A stretch of DNA of 32,000 nt. It comes from Nitrosospira multiformis ATCC 25196 (lineage in GTDB: Bacteria > Pseudomonadota > Gammaproteobacteria > Burkholderiales > Nitrosomonadaceae). Each line of letters begins with the position of its first letter. Position 1 is the first letter of the stretch. The stretch is taken from NCBI RefSeq assembly GCF_000196355.1, contig NC_007614.1:240001-272000 (forward strand), read 5' to 3'. Below the pieces are notes generated by a model. The model searched no databases. It was not told the origin of the DNA and saw only the letters and a list, made by a program, of their open reading frames with translations. Positions 1 to 9,073 of this stretch are shown here, piece by piece. The position numbers and the translations under genes are program-made.

Positions 1-1
1 G

Positions 2-322
2 GATGATGTGATTTCCGCCGGCACATCGGTGCGGGAATCGGTCGAGTATATTCATGCCGCAGGTGCCACCCCCGCAGGGGTGGCCATCGCCCTGGACCGC
101 ATGGAGCGGGGCAAAGGCGAGCTTTCCGCCGTGCAGGAAGTGCGCTGCATGTATGGAATTCCCGTCACGAGCATCGTCAATCTGGAAAACATTGTCGATT
201 ACCTGCGTGAGCAGGGGAATCTGGCGCATCACCTGCCGGCTGTGGAGGAATATCGCGCCCGGTATTCCTCCAGAATGGTAGAACCGATTGAATGCGGAGG
301 CGGCACTCCACGCGCGGGCTGA
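2..322 (+). CDS. pyrE: Orotate phosphoribosyltransferase, C-terminal part (truncated by window start)
   Basis: The frame reads [37 protein letters not shown], the PRPP-binding DDVxxAGT motif and C-terminal half of PyrE. Open at the 5' end. Confidence 0.93.
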   Translation, partial: DDVISAGTSVRESVEYIHAAGATPAGVAIALDRMERGKGELSAVQEVRCMYGIPVTSIVNLENIVDYLREQGNLAHHLPAVEEYRARYSSRMVEPIECGGGTPRAG

Positions 323-329
323 GGGTTTT

Positions 330-803
330 TTACCGGGCCCCCTCCGCCGGCAGGGCGGGGAGTGTGATTTCACCCTTTACATCAAAATGGCGGCCGATGG
401 CAAAGCCCGGCGCACCCAGCTGGCCCCGCAATTCGTAATCGGTCTTTCGGTGATCCCCCGCAGTCAGACGGAATGCATGACGAATGATAGCGGTGGCAGG
501 AACCGTTACCGGAACAATGATGACCGTTTCGCCAAAGCGGGGAATCGTGCCCTGCTGATCGCTTACTCCGCTGGCAAACCTCATTCCACGCACATCCAGG
601 TCGAGCGCAACGCCATCATAGTCCAGCGGAACCGCGCCATGGTTCTGGATTCTCAGGCTGACTGCAAAGCGCGCTTCCATGCCTTTTCCTTCAAGAGGCT
701 CAAGCCCGGCCACGGAGATTCGCAACGGCTCCTGCGGCCTGAGACCCGCACACGCGGAAAGGCAAAAAATCAGGGCTGATATGACCAGTACGCTTCGTCT
801 CAT
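330..803 (-). CDS. LEA type 2 family (late embryogenesis abundant-like) lipoprotein
   Basis: 157 aa with signal peptide and lipobox (LSACAG), then the LEA2-like pattern (ISVAGLEPLEGKGMEARFAVSLRIQNHGAVPLDYDGVALDLDVRG). Confidence 0.75.
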   Translation of the reverse strand: MRRSVLVISALIFCLSACAGLRPQEPLRISVAGLEPLEGKGMEARFAVSLRIQNHGAVPLDYDGVALDLDVRGMRFASGVSDQQGTIPRFGETVIIVPVTVPATAIIRHAFRLTAGDHRKTDYELRGQLGAPGFAIGRHFDVKGEITLPALPAEGAR

Positions 804-964
804 GGTTCCACCCGTTTGGCAACGGGAAGATCATACCGAATATTTCATTTTGCGAGTTCACTGCCTGCACGCATTTTTATTCTGTTGAGCGTGCTCATCG
901 GAGATTGGAGACAGGGGAAGGGGGAGGTTTGCGGTGCATACGGGCTTTAGGCTATCATTGCACC

Positions 965-1266
965 GAAGCTGGCCAGACAGTCGCTGCCTGTCCTCGGTGA
1001 CGAGTGCAGGGAGAGGAAAGTCCGGGCTCCGCAGAGCAGGATGCCGGTTAACGGCCGGCCGCCGTAAGGTGAGGAACAGGGCCACAGAGACGAGCGTATT
1101 AAGTTACGGTGAAACGCGGTAACCTCCATCCGGAGCAAGACCAAATAGGCAGGCGATGATGCTGCTCGCTGAGCCTGCGGGTAGGTTGCTTGAGCGTGCG
1201 GGTGACTGCACGCCTAGAGGAATGACTGTCCTTGACAGAACCCGGCTTATCGGCCAGCTTCTTTCC
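965..1266 (+). ncRNA. rnpB: RNase P RNA (bacterial type A)
   Basis: Starts GAAGCTGGCCAGACAGTCGCTG, contains the conserved GAGGAAAGTCCGGGCTCCGCAGAGCAGGATGCC core and AGAGGAATGACTGTCC, and ends ACAGAACCCGGCTTATCGGCCAGCTT. The 5' AAGCTGGCC pairs with the 3' GGCCAGCTT. Confidence 0.96.
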
Positions 1267-1502
1267 TCAATTTCTGATAGTTCTCACTCCATGAAGGCGA
1301 AAGCGACGACCCGCCGATTGGAGGTTCCCTGCATGTTCCAGGTAGCAGAAAACAGCAAAAATATCTCCCTCGCCATCCTTCCGCAGCTTGTTATGTGAAC
1401 ATTCTCTGTTTCCTTTTCCGGACAGGTTTGTTATACAATCGGCGATTGCTCCCGCTTGCGCGGGGCGTCAGATTAAATTGCGGACACAAAACCGGAGATA
1501 TT

Positions 1503-2099
1503 ATGAAGAAAATTTTTGAGTGGGCTGCCGGGCTGGCAGGGGCTATGATGATAGCTCTCGTCGTTGTTCCCGCCCATGCACAACTCATGCTTGCGCATGA
1601 AGGCCACCATTCAGGCGATTGTGCCATCAAATCGGGCGCCTTTCCTGTATCCTTCAGCGCCTATGAGAAGCCCAAGGGCGAGCTTCCGCCCACTCATGCC
1701 TATTGCGACCATGTTCCCGAAACCGGGGAGTTGTATTTCACCGTGGACCTGACCGATCCCGAATCCCGCGAAATTCCCATCGCGATGCGCCTGGTAATGG
1801 AAGGGCATGGAGAGGGGGGGCATGAAATCATGTCGATACCTGCCAAACCCTACCCTTCCGGAAGCATTACGTTTACCGTAAACCTGGAAGAACTGGGGCA
1901 GTACGCGTTGCTGCTGGAAACCGAGAAGGACGGTAAGATGACTCCCGCGGTACGCATTCCCGTACATGTAGGGGGAGGTGGCGGCCATGATGGACACGGC
2001 GGGGGTATCGGCATGACAGAGATTGCACTGATAGTGGGTGTGGCTGGCGTAGCAGCCTTCTTTCTGCTGCGTCGGCGGACGAGCGCCAAAATGTCCTGA
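1503..2099 (+). CDS. Secreted, membrane-anchored His/Cys-rich hypothetical protein
   Basis: ORF with N-terminal signal sequence (MKKIFEWAAGLAGAMMIALVVVPAHAQ), His-rich segments (LAHEGHHSGDC, HAYCDH, EGHGEGGHE, GGHDGHGGG), and a C-terminal TM helix followed by RRRTSAK. The start is placed at ATG 1503 rather than the longer ORF start because the signal peptide begins there. Confidence 0.7.
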   Translation: MKKIFEWAAGLAGAMMIALVVVPAHAQLMLAHEGHHSGDCAIKSGAFPVSFSAYEKPKGELPPTHAYCDHVPETGELYFTVDLTDPESREIPIAMRLVMEGHGEGGHEIMSIPAKPYPSGSITFTVNLEELGQYALLLETEKDGKMTPAVRIPVHVGGGGGHDGHGGGIGMTEIALIVGVAGVAAFFLLRRRTSAKMS

Positions 2100-2178
2100 G
2101 CAGGCGGAATCAGCGAGCGCTATTCAATCCACGATCCGCGAAATTAAAAGCACACTTCCGCGGATCCTCCTGAAAGAG

Positions 2179-2238
2179 CGGCGACGGGTTTTTAAGGGAT
2201 TATCTATTTTCCCTTCTTGACCTCGGCGCCGTTTTTTT
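2179..2238 (+). terminator. Candidate rho-independent terminator downstream of the 1503-2099 CDS
   Basis: Nested complementarity (CGGCG 2179-2183 / CGCCG 2227-2231; AAGGGA 2194-2199 / TCCCTT 2210-2215) followed by a T7 tract. Confidence 0.3.
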
Positions 2239-2378
2239 ATTCATCATCGGGCCTATTCCGGATCTTACAGCCTACTCGGGTGATTAACGTGGGGGGCGGT
2301 GTAAGGTAGGATAGTAAGGACGAGATCTTCCTTTCAGGCCGGCTTTCAATGCGAATGCGCCTGAAAAACGAAAGGTCC

Positions 2379-3566
2379 TTACTGGAAAATAGTCTCGCGC
2401 AACATGGCGAAAGTTTTGCCGACATGATCCATCTGCTCGCTGGTATGAACGGCACTTACACTGCAACGCACCAGCGAATTGCCCTCCGGCGTTGCGGGCG
2501 GCAAGACCAGATTCACATAGATACCCTGTTCAAGCAGTCCTTTCCACAGTGCCAGCGCCTGTTGCGGCGTTTCAAGGATTGTTGCGATAACAGGGCTGGG
2601 TTCCGGTCCCAGGCGATAACCCAGTTCCTTGAGTTGCGAGTAGAGCTGGTGCACATTCTTCCAGAGCTGTCGGCGTAATTCGACCCCCTCCCTCAGCAGC
2701 TTGAGAGCTGCACGGGTTGAGGCGATGGTGGCAGGCGTAGGCGACGCAGTGAAAATATAAGGCCGGCTCACATAGCGCAACTGATCCAGTTGCGGATGAT
2801 TGCTCACACAGTAGCCGCCGATCCCCCCCAAGCTTTTACTGAAGGTGCCTGTGATGAAGTCTACTCTATCGAGGAGGCCTGTTTCTTCTACCAGACCCTG
2901 TCCGGTCTCACCCAGTACCCCCAGGGAATGCGCTTCATCAAGAAGAAGCGTGCTGTTATACGCATCCTTTACCTTGACGATATCCGCCAGCGGCGCGCGG
3001 TCTCCCAGCATACTGTAGATGCCCTCGGCAATGATGAGGGTGGAGCGCGATCTTTCTCCCAGGCGGCGGAGACGCTTCTCCAGATCGGCCGCATCGTTGT
3101 GTCTGAAGCGGATTATTTCGGCGCCGCTCAAACGGCAACCATCGTAGATGCTTGCGTGGGAATCGCCATCGATAAGAACGATGTCGCCGGCCCCGGCCAG
3201 CCCTGAGATGGTTGCAAGGTTGGCCTGATATCCCGTGGTAAATACGATGCAGGACCCGCATTGATAAAACTCGGCAAACTCGCGCTCGAGGGCACGATGG
3301 CCGCTGTAACTGCCATTGGCCATGCGCGAGCCGGTTGTACCCGTGCCTTCATTGTGAATCGCTTCCTGCGCTGCGTCCCGGCATTCCTGAGCGAAGGTAA
3401 GGCCCAGATAATTATTTGTTCCCAGAAACAATATCCGGTGATCCCCGATCCTGGCCTCGGTCGAGGAATAAACTTCTTCTATGGGTGTTCCAAAAACCTC
3501 AACACCCTCAGGCAGCAGGGCTTTTCTCGCTGCCGCCACGGCATCCAGTTTATCTAGCAAACTCAT
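2379..3566 (-). CDS. Alpha-oxoamine synthase family PLP enzyme, serine palmitoyltransferase-like
   Basis: 395 aa. LGTNNYLGLTF, GTGTTGSRMANGSYSGHRALE, DEAHSLGVLGETGQG and the PLP-lysine motif TGTFSKSLGGIGGYCVSNHP are typical of the SPT/AONS/KBL family. The FSKS(L/V)G..GG form favours SPT over BioF. Confidence 0.85.
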   Translation of the reverse strand: MSLLDKLDAVAAARKALLPEGVEVFGTPIEEVYSSTEARIGDHRILFLGTNNYLGLTFAQECRDAAQEAIHNEGTGTTGSRMANGSYSGHRALEREFAEFYQCGSCIVFTTGYQANLATISGLAGAGDIVLIDGDSHASIYDGCRLSGAEIIRFRHNDAADLEKRLRRLGERSRSTLIIAEGIYSMLGDRAPLADIVKVKDAYNSTLLLDEAHSLGVLGETGQGLVEETGLLDRVDFITGTFSKSLGGIGGYCVSNHPQLDQLRYVSRPYIFTASPTPATIASTRAALKLLREGVELRRQLWKNVHQLYSQLKELGYRLGPEPSPVIATILETPQQALALWKGLLEQGIYVNLVLPPATPEGNSLVRCSVSAVHTSEQMDHVGKTFAMLRETIFQ

Positions 3567-3817
3567 TGTTTTTGAGACTTTATTCGGTAGATCAAGTTGG
3601 CGAGCTCATGAACGGTCTGTACATCCGCAAGAGCATTGATCGGTACGGAAATGTCGAACTCGTCCTCGATTTCCATGATCAGGTTCAGCAATTTTACAGA
3701 ATCGATTGCCAGCTCGTTAATAAGATCGCTCTGCGGTGTGATTTCCACCTCTGGACCGGCAAGCTGCTCAAGGTGATGGCAAAGTTTTTGCAGAACGTCG
3801 TTATAATCGTTCAACAT
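3563..3817 (-). CDS. Acyl carrier protein
   Basis: 84 aa with the phosphopantetheine site motif DSVKLLNL followed by MEIEDEFDISVP. Its stop overlaps the start of the downstream oxoamine synthase. Confidence 0.9.
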   Translation of the reverse strand: MLNDYNDVLQKLCHHLEQLAGPEVEITPQSDLINELAIDSVKLLNLIMEIEDEFDISVPINALADVQTVHELANLIYRIKSQKQ

Positions 3818-3846
3818 CTGGATTCAAAATGATTCGGTGATTGAAA

Positions 3847-4761
3847 TTAGACTGCTTGTGGTAAAGCGTCGCGAAGGTGGATGCAGGGTCGCCACCCTGG
3901 GAGTGCCCGAGTCAGGGGATCAATATCACAAACCCAGTCGGGGTGGCGCAATTCTCTCACTTTTCCCGGGGTCAGCATAGGTGAATAGCTTAGCATTCTG
4001 GCAGACCACAAGTTGATATTTGCGATCAATGAAACCAGTGGTGCGGGGAAAAAGACGCAGCGTACAGGGCGTTTCCACACTTCCTGTGCAATAGTGGCTA
4101 CCGCCTGGCTGTCGTAACCTCCCGGCATACCGTCATCAAGCTCGTAGGTACCTTGTACAGGCACCGCAGTCGAAAGCCAGCAGGTGATTGCCGCTACCAG
4201 ATCGGCGACATGCAGTAGTCCAAACCGCATCTCAGGTTGCCCCACCATTGGCAAGATACCGCGGCGCGTTATCCTGAACAGCGGGCTCATTTCCTTATCT
4301 CCGGGACCATAAACAGCCGTTGGACGAAAAATGGCACAGGCCATACCCGCCGAGCGCTCGTCTATCAGACGTTCAGCCATGTGCTTGCTCGTGGCGTACC
4401 AGGAAAGCTCGGGTTGCCGGGCGGCCAGAGAAGAAACCAGCAGGAAACGTGGAGGCGGGTTTTGTTCCAGAGAAGCCTGCATCAGGTTGGCCGTGCCTTC
4501 CACATTGGTACGGACAAAGCTCTCGAGAGAGCTTCCCCGAACCTGACCTGCGCAATGCACAACGGCCGAGACACCTGTTACGAGTTTTCGCAATGCATCG
4601 CGGTCATGTAAATCGCCTTCTATCCATTGCGTGGACTCGTCATCGACGCGCGCACGTCTTGTCAGAGCCCTGACTTTCCATCCTTCCTTTATCAGGGACT
4701 GCAGCAGAGCATTTCCGATAAAGCCAGTGGCGCCGGTAACGGCAACCCAGGACTCCGACAT
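3847..4761 (-). CDS. NAD(P)-dependent epimerase/dehydratase family protein (extended SDR); candidate ceramide/oxo-sphinganine reductase (CerR-like)
   Basis: Rossmann motif VTGATGFIGNALLQSL, catalytic YATSK, and context between ACP and FAAL genes. Confidence 0.82.
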   Translation of the reverse strand: MSESWVAVTGATGFIGNALLQSLIKEGWKVRALTRRARVDDESTQWIEGDLHDRDALRKLVTGVSAVVHCAGQVRGSSLESFVRTNVEGTANLMQASLEQNPPPRFLLVSSLAARQPELSWYATSKHMAERLIDERSAGMACAIFRPTAVYGPGDKEMSPLFRITRRGILPMVGQPEMRFGLLHVADLVAAITCWLSTAVPVQGTYELDDGMPGGYDSQAVATIAQEVWKRPVRCVFFPAPLVSLIANINLWSARMLSYSPMLTPGKVRELRHPDWVCDIDPLTRALPGWRPCIHLRDALPQAV

Positions 4762-4768
4762 ACCCCGA

Positions 4769-6661
4769 TTATTTGTCCCCGGATTCGGCAGACAACTGGT
4801 CTGTCATCTGCGTTCGCTGGATAAAGCCCTGGCGGGCCGCAAAACGGGACAGTTTTCCAGAGGAAGTACGCGGCAGGGTGTGCGGTGGAACCAGTTCCAC
4901 CAGACAATTCACGCCAAACGCCATGTAGACCAGACGTTGCAGACGGCTGGTAAGGGACTGGCGATCCGTTATCGAGGTAAGTCGGCATTCGATGACCAGG
5001 ACAATGGTCGTGACGTCATTGGCGTCAGTAATGCCGAAGGCGGACGCTTCGCGCGTTCTCACTTCAGGTTGCTGTTCGGCAAGCTCCTCGATATCCTGCG
5101 CGCGGATGTTACGCCCATTGACGATGATTACATCGGTGCGGCGCCCGGTGATGTAAAGATCCCCTTCGAAGAGGAACCCCAGATCACCGGTATCCAGCCA
5201 GTTTCCGGGTTTGAGTGTTTTGCCGGTATCTTCCGGATTGTTGAAATAACCTGTCATGATACTGCTGCCCTGCACGAGTACGCTGCCTACTCGCAAATCC
5301 GGGAGTTGCTGGCCGGCCTCGTCGATCACTTTGACGATATGTCCCGGCAAGGCGCGGCCGCAATTGACAAATTCACTATACTTCCGGCCTTCCACCTGTA
5401 ACCGTACCGCCATTTTCCTGTCAACGAGGGTTGCCGCGTCGACGCGCAAACTCTGAAAACCTTGGCCAACTTCGGAGAAGGTAACGGCGAGCGTCGATTC
5501 AGCCAGCCCGTAGCAGGGGAGGAATGCGCGCGCGTCAAAACCGGCAGGCGCAAATTTTTCCGCAAAATTCCTCAAAGTGTCCGGACGGATCATTTCCGCG
5601 CCGACTCCCGCTGCACGCCAACTGCTGAGGTCAAGATCTTCCAAGTCGGAATCGCGCACGCGAAGCGTGCAGAGCTTGAGTCCAAAAGGTTGGCTGAATG
5701 CGACGGTAGCGCGATTTCTGCTGATCAGCCGCAGCCATTGCAGCGGCCTGATTGCAAAATCACGGGTAGCCAGATAATCAACGGAAACTTGCGCCACCAT
5801 GGGGGCCATTACCATGCCAACCAAGCCCATGTCATGATAAAACGGCAACCAGGATGCGCAGCGGTCTCCTGCCCGGATATTCAGACCGTGACGGACAATG
5901 CCCTGAAGGTTGCTCATTAGTGCACCTTCGGTAATTACTACTCCACGGGGCATGCGCGTGCTTCCCGAAGTAAATTGCAGATATGCGATTTCATCCGGAC
6001 TATTTGGCGCAAGCTCGGTGATCGACGCCGGCAGTTCCCCGAGTTGCTCCGGCGTTCCCACCCAACGCAGATATTGGGACCCCTCGGCCGCTTCTTTCAA
6101 GAAATCGACATAGTCGGCGTTCGCCAGAGCGGCGCTTGCCTGGCCCGCTTCCAGCATTCCGCGCAACTGCCGAACATAAACCGCATGGCTGCCGAGGTTG
6201 ACAGGAACAGGCATTGCATAAGGTACCAGCCCTGCATAGCGGCATGCATAAAAGATCTCCACGAACTCCGGCGTCGTGTCGGCAATAATCGCAACACGGT
6301 CTCCTCTCGCCAACCCAAGCCGCAGCAACTGCCGCGCCGCTGTTTGGGCATTTTGCCTTAATGCCTGATAGGGAAGAACAGAGCGGAGATTACCCTTGGC
6401 ATCGTAAAAGTTATATCCGGCTGTACCTGCCGCCGCATACTCGAGCGCAGCGATCAAGGTGTCGAAGTCGGCTAATCTCTGAGCTTGAGTGTTGTAGGTG
6501 GGTGTGGGGATCGCAGCTGCCGGCTGCTCGCTTGATAATTGAGGGTTAAACGCTTGCGTCAGCGGAGCGTTCAACTTTGCTATTGTTGAACTCAAGGTCT
6601 TCCCCTCCAAGTTAATCGTACTAGTCATCTTTTTATAATATAAAGGATTCCAGTCGGGCAA
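4769..6661 (-). CDS. Fatty acyl-AMP ligase / acyl-ACP synthetase (ANL superfamily)
   Basis: 630 aa. AMP-binding motif YLQFTSGSTRMPRGVVITEGALMSN, YGLAESTLAVTF, WLDTGDLGFLFEGDLYITGR and DVIIVNGRNIRAQDIE; FAAL-like overall. Confidence 0.9.
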   Translation of the reverse strand: MPDWNPLYYKKMTSTINLEGKTLSSTIAKLNAPLTQAFNPQLSSEQPAAAIPTPTYNTQAQRLADFDTLIAALEYAAAGTAGYNFYDAKGNLRSVLPYQALRQNAQTAARQLLRLGLARGDRVAIIADTTPEFVEIFYACRYAGLVPYAMPVPVNLGSHAVYVRQLRGMLEAGQASAALANADYVDFLKEAAEGSQYLRWVGTPEQLGELPASITELAPNSPDEIAYLQFTSGSTRMPRGVVITEGALMSNLQGIVRHGLNIRAGDRCASWLPFYHDMGLVGMVMAPMVAQVSVDYLATRDFAIRPLQWLRLISRNRATVAFSQPFGLKLCTLRVRDSDLEDLDLSSWRAAGVGAEMIRPDTLRNFAEKFAPAGFDARAFLPCYGLAESTLAVTFSEVGQGFQSLRVDAATLVDRKMAVRLQVEGRKYSEFVNCGRALPGHIVKVIDEAGQQLPDLRVGSVLVQGSSIMTGYFNNPEDTGKTLKPGNWLDTGDLGFLFEGDLYITGRRTDVIIVNGRNIRAQDIEELAEQQPEVRTREASAFGITDANDVTTIVLVIECRLTSITDRQSLTSRLQRLVYMAFGVNCLVELVPPHTLPRTSSGKLSRFAARQGFIQRTQMTDQLSAESGDK

Positions 6662-7288
6662 TCGTGTTTTTGGCCATCATCCGCTGTCGCGTCGTCCGAG
6701 TTCGAGATGCTGCTTGAAAATATCGGCCTTACCTGGCTCCCGGTAAAGGCAGTAGCTCCAAAAACAAAAAATAAATGCGTTAATCTGTGAAATCAACGAA
6801 CCTTCTTATACTCAGCTCTTATTATCGTAATAGAACAGCTTTATCATGCACTTCCGGCATTACCGGAGCATGCTCCTTCACGCGCAAGGGGCTGTCTCTA
6901 ACACGCGGTCCGCTTTCGATTATTTACAGAATAGGCGATAAGCTCCATTCTGTACGAGTTGGCAGACGATATAAAGAGGTTTTGGAGAATGGAAGGGAAA
7001 TGTGTGTCTTTTTTGCAACACTTGCCGGAATCGGACCCTTCAGCTTCGCGTTAGATCTGATCTCAATCTCTTTCGCAGCCGGACGGCATTTTACAGGATC
7101 CAGCTATCGATGGATCAACTCTTCTTTTATTTTCGAGGCGGATTATTGCAAGCCCCGGCGCGGTCTTGCGGAATCACTATACGCAAGGAATCTATACGGA
7201 ATCCTGGGAAAATTCCTCGCCTGGAATGGGTCTTCCCGCTGATTTCAAGTGCAAAGCTGGATTTACGCTCGCTCAGTAGCGGGTCGAC

Positions 7289-7633
7289 TCATCCTTCGAG
7301 CCATGTCTTTGCTGCGGCATAATCCCGGAATACCCGTATGTCGGCATCGACAAATAGATTGGATACCCAGGCCGCCCAGGCGCGCCACTGGTTTTCAGTA
7401 ATTATCGCGATGCGGTTGAATTCGCTGCCGTGTTCTCGCACGAATTTGATGTCCTCCCAAGCGACATCGATGGTGTAGCTCAGCATATCCCGCCAATCGA
7501 ACAATACATTCACCTTGCCCTCGCGGCCAGCCTTGCGGAGGACCTTGTCCTCGAATTCTTGGTAATCGGCCAAGGTGAATTCGCCGAAAACAGCGATACT
7601 GATCAGATTTTCCGTTTCCTCAATGGTTATCAT
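7289..7633 (-). CDS. SpoIIAA/STAS-like family protein
   Basis: 114 aa. MITIEETENLISIAVFGEFTLADYQEFEDKV...VLFDWRDMLSYT...WEDIKF matches the SpoIIAA-like (DUF3478) pattern. Confidence 0.72.
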   Translation of the reverse strand: MITIEETENLISIAVFGEFTLADYQEFEDKVLRKAGREGKVNVLFDWRDMLSYTIDVAWEDIKFVREHGSEFNRIAIITENQWRAWAAWVSNLFVDADIRVFRDYAAAKTWLEG

Positions 7634-7735
7634 GTCTTACCCACAATATAAAATTGCGCGGCCAGAGAAAAATCCGTCCAAAAAATTCGGGCTATCGAAG
7701 AAAAATCCGCCCAGCAAGAGGATATCACTTATTGC

Positions 7736-8833
7736 TCAGATGTGCGGTTCAATTTCTCGCCGCAGAAACTTGTGGAAGTGCACCATGCCATCTTCCATCG
7801 GCGATTGGTACGGTCCGACCTCGCTCACGCCTTGTTTGTACAGCGCACGGCGCCCTTCCGTCATCAGCCTGCAGATTTCATCATCCTCGGCAGCGGTTTC
7901 GCGATAGGCGGCCTGTTCTGCTTCAATGAATTCACGCTCAAACAAAGCGATATCTTCAGGATAATAGAACTCCACCACATTGGTGCAACGCTCTGTTCCG
8001 GTAGGAAGCACCGTGCTGACGACCAATACATGGGGATACCATTCCATCATGACATTGGGATAATACAGCATCCAGATTGCGCCATGCCTCGGTATTTCGC
8101 CCGCTGTCTGCAGCAACAGTTGCTCGTGCCATTTTGCATAGACGGGCGTTCCCGGACGGGTCAGGGCGTTATTGATCCCCACAGTCTGCACGTTGTACCA
8201 CTCCCCGAACTCCCATTCCAGCGCAGCCGTGTCAACAAAGTTGCCCAGGCCCGGATGGTATGGCTCGACGTGGTAGTCCTCCAGATAAACTTCTATGAAG
8301 GTTTTCCAGTTGCAGGCGTATTCATCTATCTGGAGGCGTTCCAGCACATGGCCCGAGAAGTCGAAATTCTTCAGGACTTGCAAGTTGCCCAGATCGCGGG
8401 CAACATTCCGCCTGCCTTGAAACAGGAGTCCGTTCCAGTTCTGCAAAGGTGAATTGGAAAGATTGAGGCAAGGGTTTTCGGGGAAATGGGGCGCCCCGAG
8501 CAACGTGCCCTTCAAGTCATACGTCCAGCGATGCACCGGGCAAACGATGTTTCTGGTGTTGCCACTCCCTTTGAGCAGCAGTGACTGCCTGTGGCGGCAG
8601 ACGTTGGACAGCAGCTCGATACCATCCTTATTACGCACCAGCATTTTCGCGTTATCCATCCATTCGGGCACATAATAGTCACCAATGTTGGGCACCATGA
8701 TCTCATGACCGACATAGCCCGGTCCCTGGTCGAAAAGAATGCGTTTTTCCAGTTCAAGGATTTGAGAGTCGAGATACCAGTCAACCGGCAGTTGCGTTGG
8801 AGCCAATTGGCAAACATCAATCAGATCGACCAT
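7736..8833 (-). CDS. Rieske [2Fe-2S] aromatic ring-hydroxylating dioxygenase alpha subunit-like protein
   Basis: 365 aa. Rieske ligands CRHRQ...CPVHRW, mononuclear iron site EDYHVEPYHPG. Confidence 0.88.
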   Translation of the reverse strand: MVDLIDVCQLAPTQLPVDWYLDSQILELEKRILFDQGPGYVGHEIMVPNIGDYYVPEWMDNAKMLVRNKDGIELLSNVCRHRQSLLLKGSGNTRNIVCPVHRWTYDLKGTLLGAPHFPENPCLNLSNSPLQNWNGLLFQGRRNVARDLGNLQVLKNFDFSGHVLERLQIDEYACNWKTFIEVYLEDYHVEPYHPGLGNFVDTAALEWEFGEWYNVQTVGINNALTRPGTPVYAKWHEQLLLQTAGEIPRHGAIWMLYYPNVMMEWYPHVLVVSTVLPTGTERCTNVVEFYYPEDIALFEREFIEAEQAAYRETAAEDDEICRLMTEGRRALYKQGVSEVGPYQSPMEDGMVHFHKFLRREIEPHI

Positions 8834-9000
8834 ATGCTACTTTTCACCTTTCAAATAAAGATGGCTGGATTATCAAAACCAGGAACGGCAGGAAAGATCA
8901 GGAAGAGAATGAGCATGCTCACCTGCTCTCATGCCCTTGCCCTGAAACGCTTATAATCCGACTAAGAAACTTCTTTCGTGGGAAAGTTTCGTGTATTTAA

Positions 9001-9029
9001 TTGACCTGACACCACTTATTGCGTTATTT
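9001..9029 (+). promoter_or_regulatory. Candidate sigma70 promoter for xseB-ispA-dxs
   Basis: TTGACC, 17 nt spacer, TTATTT, about 45 nt upstream of the xseB start. The -10 is weak. Confidence 0.3.
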
Positions 9030-9073
9030 TTGCCGTTTGCCCGCGATACACCCATTCTGACAGCGTGTTTATC

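Noticed and set aside
330-779. Plus-strand 163-aa ORF (288..779) and other long antisense ORFs such as 2790..3206, 4631..5401, 7742..8452, 9825..10199, 10400..11149 and 11931..12674
   Set aside because: These are antisense shadows of well-supported genes in high-GC sequence. Their translations show no family motifs.
1156-1398. 80-aa ORF overlapping the rnpB 3' half
   Set aside because: It lies largely within the conserved RNase P RNA sequence, with no protein family signal.
2379-3566. Naming the oxoamine synthase bioF
   Set aside because: There is no biotin gene nearby. The ACP/FAAL/reductase context and the GTFSKSLGGIGGY motif favour an SPT-like role, so no gene symbol is assigned without phylogeny.
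6787-7242. 151-aa plus-strand ORF in the 6662-7288 spacer
   Set aside because: No recognisable domain and unconvincing, low-complexity-like composition with no family resemblance. The spacer is treated as non-coding.
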